From NCBI RefSeq assembly GCF_009914755.1, contig NC_060948.1: a stretch of DNA of 64,000 bases; one strand, 5' to 3'. A program made the translations under genes and the position numbers. Source of the stretch: the human T2T-CHM13v2.0 reference genome, Homo sapiens. The notes beneath the pieces were generated by a model, which saw only the letters and a list, made by a program, of their open reading frames with translations, was not told the DNA's origin and did not search any database. This document shows positions 12,810 to 25,024 of this stretch, one piece after another; position 1 is the stretch's first letter, and each line of letters opens with the position of its first letter.

Positions 12810-14065
12810 GTGGTATTTACAAATATTTTACTGTGTAACTATTTCCTGCAGCTATTAGCAGGTTGGTTCAAGATCCAGGAAAGAGATCACACAATTGGGA
12901 TGACAAGGTCCCAGGAGAGCAATAGGAATTGTGGTAAAGAGTGCAAAGAAAAAGAAGGGTGGCCCTTGAAATATATACACAGATTTGCTTCCTCTGGGAC
13001 AAGTGGAAAAGGAAGAGTGTCAGAGGTGAACAGTCAAGTTGGGATTAAGAGAAACACACCCTAAATAAGCTCCCATCTTCTCAGGCAGATTAGAGCATTA
13101 GATCATGGGTTTTAGGAGCAGCTTAGAGGTGCAGAGTAGCTCATGGGAGTAACAGAAGAACAGCTGTTTAAAGCAGACAGGACTGATCACTTGTATTGAG
13201 GGCCCAGCTGTAGTTGGGGGAGGCTGAAATTAAATGAGACCAAACCATGTGCTTGTAGGTGAGTTTATTTTTTATTTTTATTTTTTGGCAGGTCTGGGGA
13301 GGAATTGTAAGCATCTGTCTCTTCTGCACTTTTCCGTGAGGTTGAAAAGATGGAGATGTTGAAGGACTGGAGCTTTGCAGAGCCTAACTTATTTGATGTG
13401 AGAATGGCAGCCCATTTAACTGCAGATTCTGGGCTTATCTTGCATAGTGAAGGGAAGCAGAGGAGAGGGCAAGTGACTGCTACACCAGGAGGAATGTGAG
13501 TGTTAAGTAGCCGTCTCAGGGATCAAAGACTAGATCCAAAGAGACTGGCAGGTGGAATTATAACAATTGTCCAAGAGTAGAGAATTGCAGGATTAGGTTT
13601 CAGGTGGAAACTGGAAACAAAAATGCACTGTGCTGTCATTGGATGGAGCCATGGAAATGAGGAGAGTTCAAGGTCTCTGGGGTAAAGGAGTCATCAGGGC
13701 TGCAAATGTCATCCATGTGGTCTTTTGAGCTGGTCATCCCGGGAGTAAACGGACAAGAGAGGGTGAGGATGAGCAGTGGCAGGGATTCTATGTTGGCAAG
13801 TGGGAGTGAATCTCTTTTTTCTTAAGAAAGCATATTCTGTTTCTGAGGGCATGTCTTAGACCACACTGGATTTACAGCAGTATTTTTGGCCTGCATCGCA
13901 AACTGCAGCTGCCAGATGTTAAAAGTAGCAAGGCTTTACCCTAGCGTCAAGTCTTGCTTGGGGCTTCTCAATGATACCCAGTTGTTTAATGCTAAGGGCA
14001 CACCCTCTGCAAATTTATATAACATTCCTGGGAATTGGCCTTGCTCCAGCTGTAAAAATGATGTA

Positions 14066-14221
14066 CTGGATGTGAAGAGAGTATTTGTTGCTCTTCTTAT
14101 AGCATAATAGTTAAAATTTTTAAGTTTTTGTGATCAATTTGCAGGTAAAGTTTTGTAAAGCTCCTGAGATAGTAAAAAATAAAAATAACATAAAGCAAAA
14201 AGAAAGTATGGGAAGAAATTA
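14066..14221 (+). pseudogene. OFD1: Third, truncated intron 7/exon 8 fragment at the duplication junction
   Basis: ctggatgtgaag...tgatcaatttgcag|gtaaagttttgtaaagctcctgagatag matches 12558-12708 and 22386-22535, then switches into ERV internal sequence. Confidence 0.85.
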
Positions 14222-17200
14222 GAAATTTCTTGTTTCCATAGTTTACGACAAATTTACCCTTAATTATGGTGCATAGTGTACACTTAGACGTTAGAATTTT
14301 AGAAATCCAACACAATTTTGGAACATCTGTTACTATTATTCACTAAAATTTAACTTAAAGGAAATTGGACATCATTTTGGCAATACCATGTGACTAAACA
14401 AGCCCTGTATATGTCTTTTCTTAATGTTTCAGAAGTCCTCTCACCACCCAGAAAGCCAGGCATTAGGAAGGACAATTTTGCAACTTGAATTATGGTTTTA
14501 GGATGCCTGTTAAATGTTAGAGGTTTAGTACACTCGGTTTTATATAGGAATCCAGATTTCCACAAATTACTTGTTTTGCCAAAATGATGGCTCAAAGGGT
14601 AAAAATCATTTATTAGTGTTTATTATGATGTGACTTGTCATTTGAGTATGACATCCTGCTCAAAGCCAAATTTTACCCTTTCATCAGTTTGTTAATGTTA
14701 ACCTCAATTTGCTTAAATTAAATCTTATAGATCCTTTCATTTAACCTCAACCAATTTGACCATGAGGTGAAATATTTACAAACCTTTCAAAACTCTTTTA
14801 CTAAATGGCAGATTCGTTTCTTAAGATCTCATTGGTATTCCTTTATTTCAATGCTAAGGTTATAAAAAAGACCATACAATAACCTTTTGAGTTTAGTTAA
14901 TGTTCACTGTGAACATTTAGCAACTTTCATTTTTGATGAACACCCTGGTTAATAGGCCATTTTACTTACATACATGGTGTGGATCCTAGAACTCAGACAG
15001 AAGTGCAGATAAAGTGTGAGGTTTCAGCCTCTCACTCCATGTATCCCAGGTTTTACCAACCTGTAAAGCAGGTGAGAAACAACCTTGGAACATTTAGCAA
15101 ATCTGGTGTCTAAATTGAATCATTTAAATGACCTATTTTCATTTTGACAACACTTGCATCTTACCAGTAATTCTCAAGACTATATTACTTAAACTCACGT
15201 GAACTAAAACATATTCAAGTGCTTACTTCTCTTTAAGACAATTAATTAGAGTTTGCTTTTATAGGCATTACACACACCACATATATAGCGACACAAACGG
15301 AAAATTCAGAGATTTTTTTTATGTGCCAGTTTCTTAACTGGATTACTGGCTTCAGGTTGTAGCCCTTGGAGGAATAGGATCATTAATTTGCAGTTTTTAG
15401 GGAGTAATAAGCAGACACAGCAGAAGGCAATTAATCCATCCCCTTTGGGAGTCTTGTTTCTTAGTGGAGGGAGCGGGGGTGAGGATGTTTCTCTATGTTT
15501 TAGGTAGACAAGAGCATGCTTCTCTGATTTATAACTACTATTAGCCATTTCATACAGGGCATTTTCTACCTAGTTATTACACACCAAAGAGGTCTCATAA
15601 TGTGAAGGAACTTGATATCCTCAATACTCACAAAGGTAAATAACACAATGCATAACAGTACGGAGCCTTTGGTATTGGGAGGGAAACATCTGCTTTCAAT
15701 TTGGGGGGTTTCATGAGCAAAACATGTGTGTTTGGTTTTGTTTTGTTTGCGTGTGTGTTTTCTCATATGGAGAATTTGGCACCTACTCTGTTTTTCCCCA
15801 GGAGTCCCGTGCTATCAGAAGTTACGTTAGGGCCTCTCAGGCGTGCATTAAGAGGGTGAAGACAAAAAATGGGGAAAAATAATTCAGTCTACTGAGAAGA
15901 AAAGACCATTTTTTTCAGAAAAAAATTTTAAATGTATCAATAACTTGAATATCTACTTTTAATTAAGCTGAACATTTTTAAGAAAATTCTTAAAAAATTT
16001 CTTATTACTTAACTTTAGCCATGTCAAGTAGTTAAGATTTTTGGTTTTCGAACTTTAGAAAATGTAACCTCACAGATAAAACCAATCTAGGCTATGACTT
16101 AACCGCAAGTGTCCAAGGTATTTTCAGAGGAATGATAGCTTTTGAATCTTTCATTGCAAAACTGTGAGGGAGACAGTGAAAGAGAGTTGACCTAAACAAA
16201 TCTATTTCACTTCCCACCCTCAAGCTGTCTTTGCCCATCTTTGGGTTAGGCTGAGCCAACTTTAGGAGGAGCCTTGTATACCGTCTGTAGTCTAAAACAA
16301 AGAGGATAACAGCTGCTTCCCAAGATATACTTTCCTCTTGCCTGGAAACCAGAACAATAAGCTAGCCACAAGGTTAGGGACCATGGCTTAGGTGTCAGGG
16401 AGGCAGAGGCTACAAGATTTTGACCTTCCCTAAACTGCTTTCAACATCAGTGCTTGAGATATTTTGTAAACCCTGTGTTTGACAGATCGGCTGGGACCAC
16501 CCGGATTGAAAAACTGGCTTATCAGATTTTGTGGCCCTCTTCTATGAACTGACTTATGGGAAGAAAAAACCACCTTTCTAAAATGGCAGAGACTAAAACA
16601 AAGTATTGCCACATGGTTACAGGTTATGTTCCCGAGGACATGGAACAAGATGTAGGACTGTAGCCCAGTTTGTTACTGGCCATTAAGTTGGTCTGGCTTG
16701 AACAGCAGGCTCATGGGGTCCTGGGCCTTCACCCCACTTAAGATACCCTTTTATTGATAGAACCGTACAGAAGGACACGCAAAGCACACAAATTGTCTAC
16801 AACTTAAGACCAAACTCACAAATCTTTTTTTGTTATTTATAAATTTACCTAGAATATAAACAATAATACTCTTTTTTCTTTGTTACCAGTTTGCTCAGTG
16901 AGAGAGAAGCCAAAAGCCAAATGGGTAAGAAATTTTTCCCTTTTGCCAGCATATCAGGCTTCTAAGTTTCCTTTCTTCTAGCTCAACTGTCAGCCAAGCA
17001 TTTTAAGGTTTGGAAAATTAACTTTTCCCAAGTTGGACAAACATTATGAAAGAGACAGATGCCATTTTAAATCACACACACAAAAAATGAAAAACACTAT
17101 AGAAAGGAGTTCCAGTTAAGCTTTTCAAGAGGTATTGCCCCTTTTCCTATTTGGAATAGTACTTCCCCTATTTATTTGCCTACCCTAGTTGCTCTTTTCC

Positions 17201-17666
17201 CTTTTCACCTACTATAGAAGACATATTGCTCATTTCCACAATTTTCTTTTGCTTGCACAGCTGCCTCTTTTAGCTGAAGTTAAGGTTTAGCTTAGGAGGA
17301 TAAAAACATTCCTTCATAAGAGGTCAAATACCTAAGTTAAATTTTGGAAAGCTTCTATATGCCTATCAGGATCATCAGAAATTTGGCGTAAGCCTCCCTT
17401 TACTTTCCAAATTTCCTCCAATGAGAAGAAAACTTGAAGGGGCCCCAAATAAGGGAATACTCAGATGGTTCCCCTGAAACTTGCTTCTCTAATTTTGAGA
17501 AATTTTTCTCTTTGGGCTTGCCTGATATGATCGCTAAATGGACTTGGTTATTTTGCAACACTTACAAAGGTGTAGTAAGAAGGCCATTCCATTGTGCAAA
17601 AGTAAATAAGAAATTTTCCTTCAAAGTTTCAGGGCTGAATGAGTCCAGTTGCTTTAAAATACTCCC

Positions 17667-17942
17667 AGCCAGGTACAGTGGTTCACGCCCGTAATCCCAG
17701 CACTTTGGGAGGCTGTGGTGGGCAGATTTTGAGGTCAGGAGTTTGAGACTAGACTGAGCAACATGGTGAAACTGCATCTCTACTAAAAATACTAAAACTA
17801 GCCAGGTGTGGTGGTGTGCGCCAGTAGTTCCAGCTTCTCATGAGGCTGAGGCAGAAGAATCACTTGACCTCAATAGGTGGAATTTCCAGTGAGTTGAGAT
17901 CTCACCAATGCACTCCAGCATGGGTGAAACAGTGAGATTCTG

Positions 17943-17985
<43 letters not shown>

Positions 17986-18097
17986 ATGTATATTTATACT
18001 TATATGTATTTATACATCTATATATACACATTTATACATATATAAAAGTGTGTGTGTGTGTGTGTGTGTGTGTATGTATATATATATATATATATAT
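17667..18097 (+). mobile_element. AluS plus (CA)n/(TG)n/(TA)n microsatellites, unit B
   Basis: Paralog of 2895-3307. Confidence 0.88.
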
Positions 18098-19345
18098 GTT
18101 CCAAGGGAATGGATGCTAAAGATGATCTGTTAGCAATCTAGAAAGAGACATAAGGATAAAAACATCCTTTTAGTCTCCTTCTTTTCAGTATATGATCCGG
18201 AATGGAGACTAGTATTGTAGGGGGCATTCTGTAACTATTTTTCTTTCTTTGCTCCTGAATTTCAGCTCCCATTTAAAAGTGACACCCATGACTGCAGTCA
18301 TGACACTTTAAGCCATGGCACCAGAGAAACTAAATTTTATGTCTTATTTATGCCGTCCACAGCAGTGTATTCCTCTGTCTTTTATTTCCCTTTTAATTCT
18401 TAGAGTGGTGTTGCCTGTATGACTTTCTTAAAAAATGGATTTCTGGAAAAACCATGCAATTAGGCAAGACCCCTTTAGAGATGTGTCTGCTAGATTGAAC
18501 TCTATATTCTGCTATTGTGGCCAGTACTAAAGCTTTCACCCATAGTGAAATGGTTCCCATTAACTTCTGGACTTAAAGTCCTCTTACTAATTAAATCCTA
18601 TCTTAATAGGAGAGATAATAGATGCTTTAAAGGAATATAGAAACCTAATTGAGGATTATTTTCCTGCCAGTGGGACACTATAGAGACTAAAATTGGTCTT
18701 CAGAAAACATCTTACTCCTAATTGCTAAAGGTAGAAAGTGCCCATCTCAGAAGAGGGCACTTAATGCTAACAGTGTAAAAGAAAGCTTTGGAGATGTATT
18801 GGAAAAACAGGAACAAAGTGTGCTTCTTAGAGGATTTCCACTCTCAGTAGGTGGCAATGTTGGCTTAGAAATGCTATGTCCTCACCAGAGAAGTGGTAGC
18901 AAGTAATCTCACCACAGATGAAAAGGGGAAATCTCTTTTCCTAGGCTGTAATAATCCCTGCCCATTTCATGCAGAGAAGGAGCGAGAGGCTGGAGATGGA
19001 GAAGAAGACTTTTGCAAAAGGATAGTTAATTATTCTCTGCAAACACCCTGAATGGGCTGTTGGAGGCTGCATCCAGACCATAGGCCTCTGAATTATGCCA
19101 GGGTGTGCCCTGGCCAGAAATTCAATGCCCATGTGTAATGTAGTTTTTCTGCATGTTCTCTCCAGCAAGTCTCACATACAAGTTTTTTTTATGGCAGTCA
19201 GCGCTAACTGTATGTACTAGGCTGATGGATTCCCATTGATTTATTGGATTTATTTTAATATAGAAGCTCAGAGAACCTCAGAATGATAGAACAGGTTTTA
19301 ATCTTGCTTGCATACTCACCACCCGGACAAAGACTGTACCTTGGA

Positions 19346-19363
19346 TTCCCGGCCAATGCACCA
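19346..19363 (-). promoter_or_regulatory. Retroviral primer-binding site complementary to tRNA-Gly(GCC)
   Basis: + strand ttcccggccaatgcacca equals the 3' 18 nt of tRNA-Gly(GCC) including CCA, 3 nt from the LTR edge. Confidence 0.85.
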
Positions 19364-20128
19364 AAATGATTCAGCTCTGATGAGTGGAGAAAGAGTAGGG
19401 CTTTTGTATGCTGCTAATTGGGTCAAACAACACAGACACACTTGGAATAGTTTTAAGAAGCAGAGAGTTTAATAGGCGAGAAAGAAGGAAGAAGAAAGTA
19501 GGAAGAAGCTTCCCTATACAGCTGAGAGAGGAAACCCCAAGTGAGGCAGGAAACCAGCCAGTTACATGAGGAGACTGGAGGAGGTGGTGCCTGACTTGCA
19601 TAGGCTCAGGGGATTGGTTTGATCAGGAATGTCACTCACACAGCCCCTAAAAAACTGGCCCTCCCACATTACATTTGTAATATGAAGATGCAGGGTGCCA
19701 TGATGTTCTGCATACATGAGGATATGTGGGGGCAGCCATGTGGCCAGGCACATGAGGGGGTAAGTCAAGGAAAGAGGGTAGGAAGCCATGTTTTGGTGGA
19801 CCCAGTTTCTAATGGCGGGCAATTGCATATCAAATTTTGCCTGCCAGACTCCAAGAGCCAGGGCTTTGCTGCTAGACAAGAAACTTTTCTGGAGCTGCTT
19901 TAAATGAGACAAAAACGTTCCAAGAATGCTAGGTTTTCTCTATCTGCTTAAAATGATTTCTTAATAACTCGTATGACTCCATATTATTGCAGTGAATTTT
20001 TAAATTTTATACCATATGTAAATATTCAACTTTTATATAGTTAAATTGATAAATACTTATGATTATTCCTGTCATGTTTTGTAGCATATTTGGACTGGCC
20101 TTTCCTCAGATTTATTCTTAGAAGCTAT

Positions 20129-20425
20129 GACTGGACACAGTGGCTCATGCTTGTGATCCCAGCATTTTGTGAGGCCCAGGCAGTAGCATCACTTGAGGTC
20201 ATGCGTTTGAGACAAACCTGCACAACATAGAAAGACCCTGTCTCTATAAAAACTAAAATTAGCTTTATGTGGTGGGTGGTGGTAGGTGCCTCTAGTCCAG
20301 CTACTTGGAAGGCTGAAGTGAGAGGATTGCTTGAGCTCAGCAGTTTGAGGCTTTCATGAGCCATGATTACACCGCTGCACTCCAGCCTTCGTGAGAGAGC
20401 AAGATTCTGTCTCTACAAAAAGGAA
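20129..20425 (+). mobile_element. AluJ, unit B
   Basis: Paralog of 5389-5690. Confidence 0.85.
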
Positions 20426-20538
20426 CGATATATGATGTATAAAATGATATTTTCATATAACTAAGATTGTGTATACAGTGACTGCACAGTGGCTGAAAGC
20501 TCTGAGGAAAAAAAAAACCTGAATGCATTTTTTTTTAG

Positions 20539-20681
20539 GTTTCTATAAACCTAAATCATCAACAAGCTAAAATATCATCAAGTTAAAAATAGTTGTAAAA
20601 AATTGGCAGATTATCATCAAGCTAAGAAGAGTTGTAACATGGAAATGCAGACAAGTTCGACATTTATGAGAGATTCTCTAG
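20539..20681 (+). pseudogene. OFD1: OFD1 pseudo-exon 6, copy B, with internal repeated insertion
   Basis: Same flanks as 5798-5902 but 143 nt, with the atcatcaagctaa motif reiterated. Confidence 0.88.
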
Positions 20682-21400
20682 GTAATTATACTCTTCCTTT
20701 CTTAATTTCAATTCTGTTGTTTTCATTTTGAATGAAGGAAGTTACCTGATTTACCAAATTGTGTGGTTCCTTCTTGAACTAGGGGGACGCAACCTGCAAG
20801 CAACAAGGGAATTTACTTTTTCTGGAATCATCCTGGGAGGCCAGGAAGTGCTCTCCAGTGTCATTTCCTGGCCTCTTGCATGCCAGGGCTACATTGGCCA
20901 AAGCATGCAGCCATTCAAAGGCCCTGTTTGTTGAGTTTTACCTCTCTTAACTGGAAGGTCCTTCCTCATGTCTTGTTTTAACTTTATAGCCACCAAGGTA
21001 CAAGATTATAGACTATTTTTTTTCAGAGCAGTAGAGAAGTCATTGACTCATTGCTTCATATTCTACTTGAGGAAATCAAGGTCCTCAGAGGGAGAGCAAA
21101 TTGAAAACATTCAGTCTGCCTCAGAGTAGCCAGTGAAGTCCAATTTCTACCATCCATTCTCTAGAGCTTTTTGTACTAGAAGGCCGGTCGAAAATACCAT
21201 CCTGCCTTTTGGTTTCATGCTCAATAGAGACGGGAGAAAGTTGTTTAAACTGATGTGCTTAATTAATGTTTGACCTTCCTTATTCTAAAATAGTAATGGT
21301 AACATGTTAGAAGATAAATTGAAATTTGTATTACATGACTAGGCCTTAAATTAAGTGTGGGTTTAATTCCATTAGAAACATATTACTGATAATTATGAAG

Positions 21401-21957
21401 CAGTGCGGTCCAACAGTTGAACCATATATATAATGTTCAGTTTTCTAGTAGTCACACTGAAAACAGTAAAAAGAATTAGGTAAAATTAGCTGTAAGATAT
21501 TTAATCCCATACATCTAAAATATGATTTCAACATGTGTTTAATAAAAAAAAAAAATACGAATGAGATAATTCACTTTCCTTTTTTTTTTCACTTAGTTTT
21601 GAAATCTCTTTGTTTTTTTTTTTTTTTTTTTTTCATTTAAGGCACATCTCAGTTCAGACTGGTCACCTTTCCACTGTCAATGGATGCATGTGGCTGGAGA
21701 GTCCTTCTTTACTTAAAGAAGTAGGTAAAATTAGCTTTAAGATATTTAATCCCATACATCTAAAATATGATTTCGACATGTGTTTAATAAAAAAAAGTAC
21801 GAATGAGATAATTCACTTTCTTTTTTTTTTTTTTTTTTTTTCAGTTAGTTTTGAAATCTCTTTGTTTTTTTTCATTTAAGGCATATCTCAGTTCAGACTG
21901 ACCACCTTTCCAGTGTCAATGGCTGCATGTGGCTGGAGAGTCCTTTATTGGAAAGCA
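21401..21957 (+). mobile_element. MER33 with ~240-bp internal tandem duplication, unit B
   Basis: 21470-21706 repeated at 21715-21945. Confidence 0.8.
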
Positions 21958-22042
21958 TTTGAAAAATACAGAAAAGTAGATGGAAAAATATGTCTAAAGT
22001 CATACCTACCAGGGAGAAACACTATCAATGTTATCGTCTACT

Positions 22043-22184
22043 TCTGGGCCATGAGGAAGCCTCCAATACTCCAGTCCCCCGGACCTGCCTTTTCAACACT
22101 TATTCGGTCTCTCTCTTTCTATCAGCTTTGTCGCCGCTAGACTCAGGGTACCTGCTGGGTGGTGTGGGGGTGGTTTCCCCAACA
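22043..22184 (+). mobile_element. 3' remnant of the HERV-K LTR in unit B
   Basis: tctgggccatga...ggtttccccaaca followed by a perfect TSD gtcttc (22185-22190). Confidence 0.88.
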
Positions 22185-22464
22185 GTCTTCTAAAGTCTTA
22201 ATCTTTGGTATATCAAAAACAACCTAGAAATTTTAATAATGGGATACTCTACCATTCTGCACATTATTTTTATTTATGTTGACATTTGTTTATGACTTTT
22301 GAGTGAGTCCTACAAATACAGTGAGTGAGATAAAACTAAAGATGAAGTAAATGTAATGTACTTGGACAGAGCATTAATGTTGAGCCTGGATGTGAAGAGA
22401 GTATTTGTTACACTTATTGGAGTGTAATAGTTAAAATTTTTAAATTTTTGTGATCAATTTGCAG

Positions 22465-22636
22465 GTAAACTTTTGTTAAGCTGCTGAGATAGCAAAAATT
22501 AAAATAGAGCAAAAAGAAAGTATGGAAAGAATGTAGCTGTGTTCAGGAAATATTTTGAGAAGGCTTGTCAATCAGCGGCTGAAGCCATCATTTTTTGGGA
22601 AAAGAGTATCCTTGAGAGAATTCAAAACACCAAGAG
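22465..22636 (+). pseudogene. OFD1: OFD1 pseudo-exon 8, copy B
   Basis: Paralog of 12638-12809; gcag acceptor and gtggta donor. Confidence 0.9.
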
Positions 22637-24554
22637 GTGGTATTTACAAATATTTTACTGTGTAACTATTTCCTGCAGCTATTAGTAGGTTGGTTCAAGA
22701 TCCAGGAATGAGATGATACAATTGAGCTAACAAGGTCCCAGAAAAGCAATAGGAATTGTGGTAAAGAGTGCAAAGAAAAAGAAGGGTGGCCCTTGAAATA
22801 TGTACACAGATTTGCTTCCTCTGGGACAAGTGGAAAAGGAAGAGTGTCAGAGGTGAACAGTCAAGTTGGGATTAAGAGAAACACACCCTAAATAAGCTCC
22901 CATCTTCTCAGGCAGATTAGAGCATTAGATCATGGGTTTTAGGAGCAGCTTAGAGGTACAGAGTAGCTCATGGGAGTAACAGAAGAACAGCTCTTTAAAA
23001 CAGAGAGGACTGATCACTTGTATTGAGGGCCCAGCTGTAGTTGAGGGAGCCTGAAATTAAATGAGACCAAACCATGTGCTTGTAGGTGAGTTTATTTTTT
23101 ATTTTTATTTTTTGGCAGGTCTGGGGAGAAATTGTAAGCATCTGTCTCTTCTGCACTTTTCAGTGAGGCTGGAAAGATGGAGATGTTGAAGGACTGGAGC
23201 TTTGCAGAGCCTAACTTACTTGATGTGAGAATGGCAGCCTATTTAACTGCAGATTCTGGGCTTATCTTGCATGGTGAAGGGAAGCAGAGGAGAGGGCAAG
23301 TAACTGCTACACCATGGAGAAAGTGAGGGTTAAGTAGCTGTCTCAGGGATCAAGAACTAGATCCAAAGAGACTGGCAGGTGGAATTATAACAATTGTCCA
23401 AGAGTAGAGAATTGCAGGACTAGGTTTCAGGTGGAAACTGGAAACAAAATGCACTGTGCTGCCATTGGATGGAGCCATGGAAATGAGGAGAGTTCAAGGT
23501 CTCTGGGGTAAAGGAGTCATCAGGGCTGCAATTGTCATCCATGTGGCCTTTTGATCTGGTCATCCCGGGAGTAAACGGACAAGAGAAGGTGAGGATGAGC
23601 AGTGGCAGGGATTCTATGTTGGCAAGTGGGAGTGAATCTTTTTTTTCTTAAGAAAGCATATTCTGTTTCTGAGGGTATGTCTTAGACCACACTGGATTTA
23701 CAGCAGTATTTTTGGCCTACATCGTGAACTGCTTCTCCCAGATGTCAAAAGTAGCAAGGCTTTACCCTAGCATCAAGTCTTGCTTGGGGCTTCTCAATGA
23801 GACCTAGTCATTTAATGCAAGGGCGCACCCTCTACAAATCTGTATAACATTCCTGGGAATTGGGCTTGCTCCAGCTATAAAAATGAGTTTTGGAAGCACA
23901 GTTTTTTGAGATGTTTGGATTGTGTTTAGACTAATAAATTCATCTGCAAGATAGGTGACTGACTAGATTCCTGTTTATTTAACTGTGAGTATCTGAAGGC
24001 TTTGAGGAAGATTGTCATCCTCATACAAACCACCATGGCTGTATTTCCTCACCTGGAATGTCGATCCTTTTCTCTTATTGATGAAAGCATACTGTCTTTC
24101 AAGACACAGCTGGACAGTCACTTCGTTGATACCTTCCCTGACTCCCACTGAGCGAATCTTTTGGATTTCATTCCTGCGTGCAGTGTTTATTTACCTCACT
24201 TATGAAATAATCATGTCTTATTGTGATTGTTTCTCCCTGACTAAATTGTGAGGTCTTTAGAGATGGGGACTGTATCTGGCTACATTTGTATATCCATCTT
24301 CCTGTATGCTGCTTGATATGTGTTAGGTAGTTAGTAAACTCTTGGTCTGTGAAAACATAAATGGAAAGATAGTGCATTCATTTAGGACTTCACATAAGCT
24401 TGCTAACTCTGAGTCAGAATGTCCCATGAACTGAAACATTCAGACAGCACCGCCACTAAAAACTATGCAATTATATTCTCTTTGAGCTTTATTGCTGATT
24501 GCACATTTTGTTCAATGGTTCTTCCTGAATAACTTAGAAAGTTTTAGTTAATGG

Positions 24555-24830
24555 GGCGAGGTATGGTGGCTTATGCCTGTAGTCCCAGCACTTGACAGGC
24601 CAAGGTGGGCATATCATTTGAATCCAGAGTTTCAGAGCCATCTGGGCAGCATGACAAAATCCCATCTCTGCAAAAAAATTAGCTGGACTTCTTGGTGTGT
24701 GCTTGTAGTCCCAGCTACTTGGGAGGCTGAGATAGGAGGGTACCTTGAGCCCAGGAGGCAGTGGTTGCAGTGAGTCAAGACCACACAGATGCACTAAAGG
24801 CTAGGCCGCAGGACAGGGTACTGTCAATTT
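24555..24830 (+). mobile_element. AluJ
   Basis: Degenerate Alu dimer. Confidence 0.8.
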
Positions 24831-25024
24831 TTTTTTTTATAAAGGCCTGAGAATTGTTAAAGCATTAAGTAGCATATATTACATAAGGGATGTTAAGAAC
24901 ATATGAAAGTACAGTTTAACAGAAAGTAGGAGAGTCAATTTATATGCAGCTAGAACATCTAGTTGACTAAATTTTGAAACTTTGCTTTCCAACAGATTGA
25001 AAAGATTCAAACTCTGAGGTTGGA

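Larger units (their letters stand above)
1..14061 (+). repeat. Tandem segmental duplication, unit A (extends upstream of window)
   Basis: Colinear with 15099-23886: ERV internal, AluS, LTR, AluJ, exon 6, MER33, exon 8, intron 8. Confidence 0.95.
14222..19972 (-). mobile_element. MER4-group ERV1 fragment, copy B (5' LTR 19367-19972)
   Basis: Paralog of 1-5227; internal region cut at ~14222. Confidence 0.75.
15099..23886 (+). repeat. Tandem segmental duplication, unit B
   Basis: Position 15099 aligns with position 1 (aaatctggtgtctaaattg vs aaacctggtgtccaaattg); homology ends at aaaaatga (23886 vs 14061); lacks the AluY, exon 7 and most of the HERV-K. Confidence 0.95.

Noticed and set aside
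19344-19363. tRNA-Gly gene
   Set aside because: Only the 3' 20 nt with encoded CCA, next to an LTR; this is a PBS, not a tRNA gene
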